This document shows, one piece after another, positions 22,585 to 31,075 of a DNA stretch of 64,000 bases (the stretch's first letter is position 1; every line of letters starts with the position of its first letter). The stretch spans positions 355 through 64,354 of the forward strand of contig JBMDXS010000075.1 of assembly GCA_048595045.1 (NCBI GenBank). The letters run 5' to 3'. The notes beneath the pieces are model-generated. The model was not told where the DNA came from and ran no database searches. It saw nothing but the letters and a program-made list of their open reading frames with translations. The position numbers were made by a program, and so were the translations under genes. This stretch comes from Acidimicrobiia bacterium (GTDB taxonomy: Bacteria; Actinomycetota; Acidimicrobiia; Spongiisociales; ZC4RG35).

Positions 22585-23990
22585 TCCCGGAGATCCTCCT
22601 CTGGGTTGGATACGCCACCCTGGCCTACTTCATCGTCATGCAGGTCTACATGGTCGGCCTTGGCCTGCGATCAGCAGCGGTGATGCGGCGCTCCCATCAT
22701 CTGGAGCGGTTCGGCCGCGTGTCGGAGATGCTGTCGAGCCGAACGTCGCCACCTGTGACGATTGTCATCCCCGCCTACAACGAGGCGGCCGGGATCGTCG
22801 ATTCGATCAGGTCGATGTCCATCGTTGGCTATCCGCGATTCGAGATCGTGGTCGTGAACGACGGGTCGAGCGACGAGACACTGGAGGCGTTGATCGAGGC
22901 ATTTCGTCTCGAGCGGGTGCGCATCCCCTATCGACCCGATATCCCCACCGCTCCGATCAGGGCCATCTATCGCGGTCATGGCGCCGTCGACATCACCGTG
23001 ATCGACAAAGAGAACGGTGGCCGGGCGGATGCGCTGAACGCGGGAATCAACGCGGCCAGGTATCCCTACGCCCTCTGCACAGACGCCGATGTGATCCTCG
23101 ACGCCAACTGCCTCGTGGGCGCCATGCGCAGAGTGGTGGAGGATCGCGAGCGCACGATCGCGGTGGGCGGCAACATCCGGCCCCTCAACGGCAGCAGGGT
23201 CCACCTGGGCCATCTCGTCGAAGCGGGAGTCCCCCGCAAGCTCATCCCCCGCATGCAGGCCTTGGAGTATCTCCGCACCTTCCTGGCCAGCCGACCGGCA
23301 TGGTCGGAGATGGGTGCGCTGCCATTGGTCTCCGGTGCATTTGGGGTGTGGAAGCGCTCCGCGGTGATCGCGGTGGGCGGATTCACCACGGGGCACATGG
23401 GCGAGGACATGGACATCACGATGCGCATGCACCGCTATCACATCGACAACGACATTCCGTACCGGATCGTCTACGAGCCGTCCGCAGTCATCTGGACCGA
23501 GGTGCCTGAGACTCTGCGAGTGCTGCGACGACAACGGGTGCGATGGCATCGGGGCCTTATCACCGCGGTTCGGGACTTCATGCCGATGACCTTCAACCCC
23601 CGATACGGGAAGGTGGGCACCGTGACCTGGGCTGCGATGTTCCTCTTCGAGTACCTGGCCCCCATCATCGAGTTCGTCGGATGGATCACGATCCCTCTGG
23701 CGCTCCTGCTCGGCACGCTCAACGTGACCTCGCTCCTGACACTTCTCGCCCTCGCCTTCGGCGTCGGGCTCCTCAATTCCCTCGTGGCGTTGTTGTTGGA
23801 CGAGTCCTACGGGTACTTCAACTCGCCGGCCGACACGGCCCGGCTGATCGTCATGGTCCTGATCGAGAACTTCGGCATGCGCCAGCTCACGGTTGCCTGG
23901 CGGGTCCGGGCGATCCTGGGCGGGGAAGCCACCAGGGTATGGGGGAACATGGAACGCAAAGGCGTGGCCAACCTCGGAGTTGGGGGCTGA
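22581..23990 (+). CDS. processive family-2 glycosyltransferase (PgaC/IcaA/BcsA-like synthase)
   Basis: Motifs IVIPAYNEA, NDGSSDET, TDADV, GEDMDITMR and QRVRWHRG (QxxRW), with TM helices at both ends. A TTG start at 22581 overlaps the HEAT-gene stop (TTGA). The longest ORF starts at 22482. Confidence 0.85.
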   Translation: MIPEILLWVGYATLAYFIVMQVYMVGLGLRSAAVMRRSHHLERFGRVSEMLSSRTSPPVTIVIPAYNEAAGIVDSIRSMSIVGYPRFEIVVVNDGSSDETLEALIEAFRLERVRIPYRPDIPTAPIRAIYRGHGAVDITVIDKENGGRADALNAGINAARYPYALCTDADVILDANCLVGAMRRVVEDRERTIAVGGNIRPLNGSRVHLGHLVEAGVPRKLIPRMQALEYLRTFLASRPAWSEMGALPLVSGAFGVWKRSAVIAVGGFTTGHMGEDMDITMRMHRYHIDNDIPYRIVYEPSAVIWTEVPETLRVLRRQRVRWHRGLITAVRDFMPMTFNPRYGKVGTVTWAAMFLFEYLAPIIEFVGWITIPLALLLGTLNVTSLLTLLALAFGVGLLNSLVALLLDESYGYFNSPADTARLIVMVLIENFGMRQLTVAWRVRAILGGEATRVWGNMERKGVANLGVGG

Positions 23991-24002
23991 GGCTCAGCCC
24001 CC
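23982..24002. terminator. perfect 21-bp palindrome embedding the convergent GT2 and prfA stop codons
   Basis: GGGGGCTGAGGCTCAGCCCCC. The arms at 23982-23991 and 23993-24002 are exact reverse complements. A candidate bidirectional terminator. Confidence 0.45.
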
Positions 24003-25055
24003 TTCGGCGAGACGCGCTGCCTGCTCGTCGGCGCTGAGCGCGGTCACGAACTCTTCCAGGTCGCCGTCGAGCACCTGGTCGAGGCGCTTGAGGGTGAGAC
24101 CGATGCGATGATCCGTCACCCGGTTCTCCTTGAAGTTGTAGGTGCGGATCTTCTCTGCGCGCTCACCCGACCCCACCTGGGAGCGCCGGGCGCCGGCCAG
24201 CTCCGATTGCTGGCGCTCCAGTTCCATCTGATAGAGCCGGGCACGAAGAATCCGGAGCGCCTTCTCCTTGTTCTGCAGCTGGCTCTTCTCGTCCTGGACG
24301 GTGACGACGAGGGCGGTCGGGATGTGGGTGAGGCGGACTGCCGAGTCGGTGGTATTGACCGACTGCCCACCCGGTCCGGTCGACCTGTAGACGTCGACCT
24401 TCAAATCGTTGGGGTCGATCGCCACCTCCACCTCCGCTACCTCGGGCAAGATGGCGACGGTGGCGGTCGAGGTGTGGATCCGGCCCTGTGATTCGGTCTT
24501 CGGGATCCGCTGCACACGATGCACGCCGGCCTCGTACTTCATCTTCGAGTAGGCGCCACGGCCCTTGATGGCAACGGTGACCTTGTCGAACCCGCCGGCC
24601 TCGGAAGGGGAGCTGTCCATCGACTCGACGACGAGCCCGGACCGATCTGCGTATCTCTGATACATACGGAGGAGGTCGCCGGCCCAGATCGCGGCCTCGT
24701 CACCCCCGGCTGCGGAGCGGATCTCGACGATCACATCTTTGGCATCGGCGGGGTCGGCAGGGACCAGCGCCAGCCTGACCCGCCCTTCGATCTCCTCGAC
24801 CTCGGCGGCCAGATCACGGGCGAGGCTCGCCATCTCGGGGTCCTGGTCCATCTCTCTCGCCACCTCGAGATCGGCGCGTGCCTGGCGGAGACGACGGACA
24901 TCGGCGACCACATCCCTGAGATCGGCGTGGCGCTTGCCCAATTCGGCGAGGAGCGAAGTGTCGGCCAGCGTCGCCGGGTCGGCCAGGGCGGCCTCGGTCT
25001 CCTCGAAGATCGACTCGATCTCGGCGAGCCGCATGGCGAGAGTGTCGTCCATCAC
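23994..25055 (-). CDS. prfA: peptide chain release factor 1
   Basis: 353 aa with GGQ motif (GPGGQSVN) and an RF1-type PxT tripeptide (PKT). Confidence 0.96.
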   Translation of the reverse strand: MMDDTLAMRLAEIESIFEETEAALADPATLADTSLLAELGKRHADLRDVVADVRRLRQARADLEVAREMDQDPEMASLARDLAAEVEEIEGRVRLALVPADPADAKDVIVEIRSAAGGDEAAIWAGDLLRMYQRYADRSGLVVESMDSSPSEAGGFDKVTVAIKGRGAYSKMKYEAGVHRVQRIPKTESQGRIHTSTATVAILPEVAEVEVAIDPNDLKVDVYRSTGPGGQSVNTTDSAVRLTHIPTALVVTVQDEKSQLQNKEKALRILRARLYQMELERQQSELAGARRSQVGSGERAEKIRTYNFKENRVTDHRIGLTLKRLDQVLDGDLEEFVTALSADEQAARLAEGG

Positions 25056-26071
25056 TCCTCCCCGGGTGGGGGGGTGACCCCAAGCACGACGCTGCGCACC
25101 TCCAGGGCGGACCCCGGTAGCCCGCCCCGTCCGATGACATCGTCGACCATCTCGTCATCGAGGGCCACGACCAGGCTCGATATCGCTACTTCGACCTGGC
25201 TCTCGTCGGGGACACGAGTCGTCAGCTTCTGTAACCAGATGCCGGGTGCGGCCAGCGCCCGTGCCAGCCATCCGCTGCTCCTGGTGCCCGACCAGCGGAG
25301 GATCTCGTAGGCGATACCGGCGATGATCGGTATGCCGAGCACCCGGGAGGCCACCAGGAAGAGCCAACCCGGCCTCCCGAAGAAGGAGAAGAGGATGATC
25401 GAGCCCAGGATCACGATGAGGAGGAAGCTGGTGCCACATCGCGGATGCTCGGGCGGGTAACGGCGGACCGACTCGACGCTCAGAGGCTCGCCTGCCTCGA
25501 AGGCGTGGATCGACATGTGCTCGGCGCCGTGGTACTCGAAGACACGGCCGATCTCGGCCGAGCGGCCGATCGCCCAGATATACCCCACGAAGAGGGCGAG
25601 GCGGATCACGCCCTCGGCGACGTTGAAGAGAAAACCGGACTCGCCCGCCACCGCCCCTGCGGCCAGCGCGGGCAGGACGATGAAGATCCCGGCGAAGAGG
25701 GCGAAGGCCAGTGCCATCGTCCATCCGATCTGGGATTTGCTGAGAGGCTCCTCCTCTTCACCGGCCGCCATCTCGGCCGACCAGGACAGGGCGCGGAAGC
25801 CGAGGCTCAACGATTCCCAGAGGACGACCACGCCGCGCACGAAGGGGATCCTCGCCGCCTGGTTGCGCTCTGCGAGACGACCGAGCACGTGTCGCTGGGC
25901 GACGATGTGGCCCTCGGGCTTACGAACCGCCACCGACCACGCCCCCGGGACGCGCATCATCACCCCTTCGATGACTGCCTGACCCCCGACCGTCTTGGCC
26001 GGGTCGATCGGACTGCTCAGCCGCTCGTGATCGGGACGCTCAGGTATCGAACGCGGGACTGGGGATCCCAA
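25052..26071 (-). CDS. DUF1385-family membrane protein (YqhQ-like)
   Basis: GGQAVIEGVMMR and HGAEHM motifs with several TM helices. Start uncertain: TTG 26071 is proposed because the longer ORF runs through rpmE. Confidence 0.75.
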   Translation of the reverse strand: MGSPVPRSIPERPDHERLSSPIDPAKTVGGQAVIEGVMMRVPGAWSVAVRKPEGHIVAQRHVLGRLAERNQAARIPFVRGVVVLWESLSLGFRALSWSAEMAAGEEEEPLSKSQIGWTMALAFALFAGIFIVLPALAAGAVAGESGFLFNVAEGVIRLALFVGYIWAIGRSAEIGRVFEYHGAEHMSIHAFEAGEPLSVESVRRYPPEHPRCGTSFLLIVILGSIILFSFFGRPGWLFLVASRVLGIPIIAGIAYEILRWSGTRSSGWLARALAAPGIWLQKLTTRVPDESQVEVAISSLVVALDDEMVDDVIGRGGLPGSALEVRSVVLGVTPPPGEE

Positions 26072-26096
26072 TCTCGGGTCGTCGGAAGCGTTCGAA

Positions 26097-26363
26097 TCAC
26101 TCAGCGTCAGCGGTTTCGGTCTCCGCACTCGTGTCGACCGGCTCCCCGGCCTTGGTGAATGCGGTCTTGCCGTAGCGCTTCTGGAAACGCTCCACACGGC
26201 CCCCGCTGTCGACCAGCTTCTGCTTCCCGGTGAAGAACGGATGGCACTCATTGCACAGCTCGATGTGCATGTCGCCGGGCTTGGTGCTCCTGGTCGTGAA
26301 GGTGTTGCCACACGAGCAGGTGACGTGGGTCTCGGCGTACTCGGGATGAATGTCGGTCTTCAC
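26097..26363 (-). CDS. rpmE: 50S ribosomal protein L31 (Zn-ribbon type)
   Basis: MKTDIHPEY..., CSCG...[10 protein letters not shown]. Confidence 0.95.
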   Translation of the reverse strand: MKTDIHPEYAETHVTCSCGNTFTTRSTKPGDMHIELCNECHPFFTGKQKLVDSGGRVERFQKRYGKTAFTKAGEPVDTSAETETADAE

Positions 26364-26376
26364 CGTCGGCTCCTAT

Positions 26377-27858
26377 CTAGCTGCCGCTGCTCTTCGCCAC
26401 CTCGGCGAGGAACTCGGCGTTGGACTTCGTGGTCTTCAATCGGTCGATGAGGAGCTCGAGTGCGGCCCCGGGCTCCAGGGCCAGCAGCACCCGCCGCAGC
26501 TTCCAGACCTGGGTGAGCTCCTTCTGATCGAACAGAAGCTCTTCCTTCCTTGTTCCCGAAGCCTCGATGTCGATGGCGGGGTAGATCCGCTTGTCGGCCA
26601 GCTTGCGATCGAGTCTGAGCTCCATGTTGCCGGTGCCCTTGAACTCCTCGAAGATCACTTCGTCCATCTTGGACCCGGTCTCCACCAGGGCGGTGCCGAG
26701 GATGGTCAGCGAACCGCCCTCCTCGATGTTCCGGGCGGCGCCGAAGAAGCGCTTCGGCGGGTAGAGGGCCTGGCTGTCGACACCACCGGAGAGGATCCGA
26801 CCCGAGGCCGGGGTGGCCAAGTTGTGGGCACGGGCGAGACGGGTGATCGAGTCGAGCAGGATCACGACGTCGGTGCCCATCTCCACCAGACGCTTGGCCC
26901 GCTCCAGGGCGAGCTCGGAGACCTGGGTGTGCTCCTCGGCGGGGCGGTCGAAGGTCGAGTAGATGACCTCGCCCTTGACGGAGCGCTGCATGTCGGTGAC
27001 TTCTTCGGGGCGCTCGTCGACGAGGACGACCATCAGATAGCACTCGGGGTTGTTGGTGGTGATCGCCTGGGCGATCTCCTGCAGAACGGTGGTCTTACCC
27101 GCCTTGGGCGGTGAGACGATCAGACCTCGCTGTCCTTTGCCGATGGGGGCGATCAGATCGACGATCCGGGTCAGGATGCCATTCGCCTTTCCGTCCACCT
27201 CCAGACGGAGCCTTTCGTCCGGGAAGAGTGGGGTCAGGGATTCGAACTTGGGCCGACGCATCGCCTCGTCGGACGACATGCCGTTGACCTTGTCGATACG
27301 GACCACGGCCGGGAACTTCTCCTTGGACCGGGGCGGGCGGATCGGCCCGGAGACGATGTCTCCCTTACGAAGACGGAACTTGCGCACCTGGTTTGCCGAG
27401 ACGTAGACGTCCTTGTCGCCCGACAGGTAGCCGGTGACCCTGAGGAATCCGTAACCCTCGGGCAGGATGTCGAGCAGACCCTCGCGGATCTCCAGGTCTT
27501 CCTCCGGGATGAACTCATCCTCACGTCCGCCACCACGGCGTCGGCGGTTGCGGCTCCGGTTACCACCCTGCCGCTGGTCGTCGTCGACACGGCCGCCCTG
27601 ACGGGAGTCCGGGCGCGGCTCTTCCCCGGGAACGGCCTCGAGCTCGCCATCCCCATCCTGAGGGGCGCGCTCGATGCGAGGCGTGGCCTGGGGCAGATCC
27701 AGCTCCTCGCCGGGCGCGGGCTCAGCCACCTGGCCGGCGTCGACCAAGGCGCTGATCAGCTTCGATTTCTGGAGACCGTCGGTCTCGATTCCTACCGCAT
27801 CGGCGATCTGACGTAGCTCGTCGATGGTCTTGCTCTGGAGTTGAGCTCGTGTGGTCAT
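26377..27858 (-). CDS. rho: transcription termination factor Rho with Arg/Gly-rich N-terminal insertion
   Basis: 493 aa with Walker A PPKAGKTT and a Rho RNA-binding/ATPase pattern. The insertion [17 protein letters not shown] lies between the N-terminal helix bundle and the OB fold. Confidence 0.96.
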   Translation of the reverse strand: MTTRAQLQSKTIDELRQIADAVGIETDGLQKSKLISALVDAGQVAEPAPGEELDLPQATPRIERAPQDGDGELEAVPGEEPRPDSRQGGRVDDDQRQGGNRSRNRRRRGGGREDEFIPEEDLEIREGLLDILPEGYGFLRVTGYLSGDKDVYVSANQVRKFRLRKGDIVSGPIRPPRSKEKFPAVVRIDKVNGMSSDEAMRRPKFESLTPLFPDERLRLEVDGKANGILTRIVDLIAPIGKGQRGLIVSPPKAGKTTVLQEIAQAITTNNPECYLMVVLVDERPEEVTDMQRSVKGEVIYSTFDRPAEEHTQVSELALERAKRLVEMGTDVVILLDSITRLARAHNLATPASGRILSGGVDSQALYPPKRFFGAARNIEEGGSLTILGTALVETGSKMDEVIFEEFKGTGNMELRLDRKLADKRIYPAIDIEASGTRKEELLFDQKELTQVWKLRRVLLALEPGAALELLIDRLKTTKSNAEFLAEVAKSSGS

Positions 27859-28038
27859 TGGATCCTTCGCGATTCTTCGCTTTCAGGCTCGAACGGACCG
27901 GGATTTGCGCCATCGCAAATATGGATGGCATGCCTCGGATGAGGACTGTGGGTGGGTGGCCGCAACGTCCCTTCGCGTCGTCGGCTGAACCGTATGGTAG
28001 CTGCTCCCGGCAGTTGCGCAAAGCAGCAACCAACCGAT

Positions 28039-29256
28039 TTATCGGATCAAGGTGTCCAACGCTGAAGGGTCTGCGTCGATGAGGGTCACCCGCTCGGGCC
28101 TGTCCGACAGGTCCTCGAAGCCGGGCGGAGTCTCGGGGGGCCGACCCAGGGCGCGCTGAACGGCATCGGCGAATTTCGCAGGGTGGGCGGTCCCCACCAC
28201 CACCTGGGGCAGATCTCCTAGAAAGGCGCCCCCGACGTGCCAGGCGGCTGCTGTGTGTGGGTCGAGCACATAGCCGTGTTCCCGATCGACTGCTGCGATC
28301 GTCTCCAGGATCTCATCGTCCTCGGCGTATCCCGCCACGAATGCATCCGCCGGGTTCCCGGTGAATCGCTCCAGGTTCGAGGGCACCGTCACGTCCATCG
28401 CCGGTGCCAGCGTGGGGATCACCTCTTCGTCTCCCATCGACCCGACATTGACCAGGTTGGAGAGCCCTCGGTTGGCGTTGTTGGCGATGGTCATCGCCCC
28501 GATCGGCGCCCCCATCTGTTGGGCGACCCAGCAGGACAGGATGTTGCCGAAGTTCCCCGTCGGGACCACGACGTCGAAGGGACCCCCCATCCGTCCGGCG
28601 AGGAACACGTAGTAGCCGGTCTGGGCCGCGACCCTCGCCCAGTTGATCGAGTTGAAGACGAGGAGGCCGTCGTGGCGGCGTAACGCGCCCTTCACCAAGG
28701 CCTGGCAATCGTCGAAGTTGCCTTTGACTGCGGCCACCGTCACGTTCTCGTCGTCGACGGTGGTCATCTGAAGACGCTGGAACTCGGAAACCAGCCCGTC
28801 CGGATACAGGACGACGACGCGAAGCTGGGCGCGCCCCCGGCAGGCCTCGATCGCGGCCGACCCTGTGTCTCCCGAGGTGGCACCGAGGATCGTGGAGGGC
28901 CTCTCCACGTCGCGGTCGAGCAGACCGCCCAGGATCTGGAGGGCGTGATCCTTGAATGAGAGAGTCGGGCCCCAGAACAACTCGAATACGAAGCGACCGC
29001 CCACCGGTACCACCGGGGCAACCTCCTCGGAGGAGAAACGGGCCGCGGCCTGCATCACGATCGGGCCCACCTCCTCGGCACCGAAGGTGCTCAACACCGC
29101 TGTCACCGCCTGGGGATATGACCAGTGTTCCCAGCCGTTGGGAAGGGCCGGGACCGTCTCGGGGACGTATAGCCCCCCATCGGGTGCCAGTCCGGTCAGC
29201 ATCACCCCGCGAAAGTCGAGCGGCGGGGCCTCTCCCCTGGTGGACACGTATTTCAC
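28039..29256 (-). CDS. thrC: threonine synthase
   Basis: 405 aa with the PLP lysine motif GPTLSFKDHALQ. Confidence 0.92.
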   Translation of the reverse strand: MKYVSTRGEAPPLDFRGVMLTGLAPDGGLYVPETVPALPNGWEHWSYPQAVTAVLSTFGAEEVGPIVMQAAARFSSEEVAPVVPVGGRFVFELFWGPTLSFKDHALQILGGLLDRDVERPSTILGATSGDTGSAAIEACRGRAQLRVVVLYPDGLVSEFQRLQMTTVDDENVTVAAVKGNFDDCQALVKGALRRHDGLLVFNSINWARVAAQTGYYVFLAGRMGGPFDVVVPTGNFGNILSCWVAQQMGAPIGAMTIANNANRGLSNLVNVGSMGDEEVIPTLAPAMDVTVPSNLERFTGNPADAFVAGYAEDDEILETIAAVDREHGYVLDPHTAAAWHVGGAFLGDLPQVVVGTAHPAKFADAVQRALGRPPETPPGFEDLSDRPERVTLIDADPSALDTLIR

Positions 29257-29302
29257 CGGGCTGAGGCTAGGAGGTGCGTCGTCGATACAATCGGCGCTCG
29301 AA

Positions 29303-29374
<72 letters not shown>

Positions 29375-29429
29375 CACACCGGCCCTGGTCGCAGTGATCC
29401 TGGATTTGGTGGTTTCTTCAGCGCTGCTG

Positions 29430-29927
29430 CTACTCCCCCGTCCCCTCTTCCCTAGGTCGGCGGAATGCGTAACCCACCCCGACCACGGCCGCCACGGCAA
29501 GGATCACGAAAAGATCGAGGTCGAGCAAGTAGGTGACACCTCCCCAGACTGCTGCAATGAGCATCGCCCGGATCATCCTCGGGATGGGATGAGCGAGACT
29601 GGGAGCCAGCGGCTGATCCGGAACCACCACGTCGGGTGCCTCGCGGGATAGTCCGGGCAATGGCTCATCACCGATGGTGCTGAACAGGCCGAGCATGAGG
29701 GCTGCGCTGAGCAGCCAATACCACTCGAGCGGCTCACCTCCGGGGGACACGGTGAACCATCCAGTGAGGGTGGTCACAGTGAGGAGGAGACACACAAACC
29801 CGGCCAACGCCAAGACGTAGCGGAGCGAAGTCCAGAGGAGGATGAGGACTCGCACCACGCTGCCTGCCTCCGACGTCGGTGCCGATCTCAGCCGGACTCC
29901 ACCCTTTGGGGGATTCACCCTGACCAA
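29430..29927 (-). CDS. hypothetical polytopic membrane protein
   Basis: 165-aa ORF with about 4 hydrophobic segments, 6 nt downstream of the Thr-rich protein gene. No recognisable motif. Confidence 0.5.
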   Translation of the reverse strand: MVRVNPPKGGVRLRSAPTSEAGSVVRVLILLWTSLRYVLALAGFVCLLLTVTTLTGWFTVSPGGEPLEWYWLLSAALMLGLFSTIGDEPLPGLSREAPDVVVPDQPLAPSLAHPIPRMIRAMLIAAVWGGVTYLLDLDLFVILAVAAVVGVGYAFRRPREEGTGE

Positions 29928-29933
29928 TCTCCC

Positions 29934-30935
29934 CTATTCGTCATGCGACAGGTTCCACACCCATCGTGCAATCAGTGGGATCACGAAGAACAAAGCTGCC
30001 ACCCCGGCTGACAGGGCGGCAACCTGACTCCACAAGGGCAGACTCGGCAGGCCCGAGACGGGTTGCGACGCAGGGCTTGCTGCCTCTTCGGATGGCGGCA
30101 TGGCCATCACTTCAGACGATGGTGCGACGGTCGTTGGGATGCTGGGCGCGCTCTCGCTCTGAATGCCACCGAGCCAGAATCGGAGCCGATCGACGAAGCT
30201 CTCGTTCCCGGCTTGCTCCGATGCTGTGACCAGCAGGTCACCTTCTCCAGGAGCGCCCGCAGTTGCCGGGCCCTGATCGCCACCACTGGCGGACGTGGCT
30301 GTTGTCGGCGGAGCATCGTCCCTGTCACCCTCCGGCGGTGTGGGGGGCATGGTTGCCCCTATCGGCCCGACCGCCGGGATCGTCGAGGTGGTTGCGACGG
30401 AGCCCGTGGTAGGGGTGACCGGCGCGGTCGTCGAGGGCGAGACGCCTGCCGTTGTCGAGGTGGTATTCGTGAACAGGGTGGTGGTGGTCACAACCGTGGT
30501 AACGGTCGTCGGCACAGTCGTTGTGGTCGTGACGGTCGTTACGGTCGAGGTTGTTGTGGTTGGGTTCGGGAGCACTGTGAACGCGGCTGTCGCACAGGGC
30601 TGCGACCCCTGTCGGCAGGCCACGATCTGGTGACCACCCGCCAGGGCACCAAGAGGAACAATCACAATCGCCGAGAACGTGTCGTCGGGCCCGGGCAGGA
30701 CAATGCCGAGATCCGAGCAACCCGAGTTGTCCCAACAGAGTGCCACTGGAGACGAGGCCGGGAAGCCTGCGCCGACGACCTGAACAATGGTGCCGGCGAC
30801 TCCGGACGTGGGGCTCACGATGAGGGTGGCGGCGACGGCTGGGGCGGCAGTGACAAGTTGTAAGCCAAACGACAGCAAGAAGACCACAAGCGCACCGCCG
30901 AGCCGACTTCCGGTCGACCATGCCTGCCTCCGCAC
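29934..30935 (-). CDS. secreted, C-terminally anchored Thr/Val/Pro-rich protein with Ig-like (IPT/TIG-type) domain
   Basis: Signal peptide RRQAWSTGSRLGGALVVFLLSFGLQLVTAAPAVAA. Ig-like module TSGVAGTIVQVVGAGF with 4 Cys, a long T/V/P-rich tract, and a terminal TM helix. GTG 30935 is preferred; the longest ORF runs to 31034. Confidence 0.65.
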   Translation of the reverse strand: MRRQAWSTGSRLGGALVVFLLSFGLQLVTAAPAVAATLIVSPTSGVAGTIVQVVGAGFPASSPVALCWDNSGCSDLGIVLPGPDDTFSAIVIVPLGALAGGHQIVACRQGSQPCATAAFTVLPNPTTTTSTVTTVTTTTTVPTTVTTVVTTTTLFTNTTSTTAGVSPSTTAPVTPTTGSVATTSTIPAVGPIGATMPPTPPEGDRDDAPPTTATSASGGDQGPATAGAPGEGDLLVTASEQAGNESFVDRLRFWLGGIQSESAPSIPTTVAPSSEVMAMPPSEEAASPASQPVSGLPSLPLWSQVAALSAGVAALFFVIPLIARWVWNLSHDE

Positions 30936-31075
30936 CTCAAACCCCCCAGTATCAACACGGCCGATCCTACAGGAACGCCGAAACTCTCTCGTCGTCGACC
31001 CAATCGGTACCCGGCCGAGAAGGCTGAGAAACAATCGCCAGTCCAGATCCCGTGGAAAGAGGATGCCTGCTCTGG

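Noticed and set aside
23994-25055. A possible programmed +1 frameshift in a release-factor gene.
   Set aside because: The gene is RF1 (prfA; PKT tripeptide, single uninterrupted ORF). The frameshift is a feature of prfB.
30430-30560. Tandem-repeat-like DNA that might be a repeat array.
   Set aside because: The units are degenerate and in frame, and they simply encode the Thr/Val-rich tract of a surface protein. They have no spacer/repeat periodicity of a CRISPR or satellite type.
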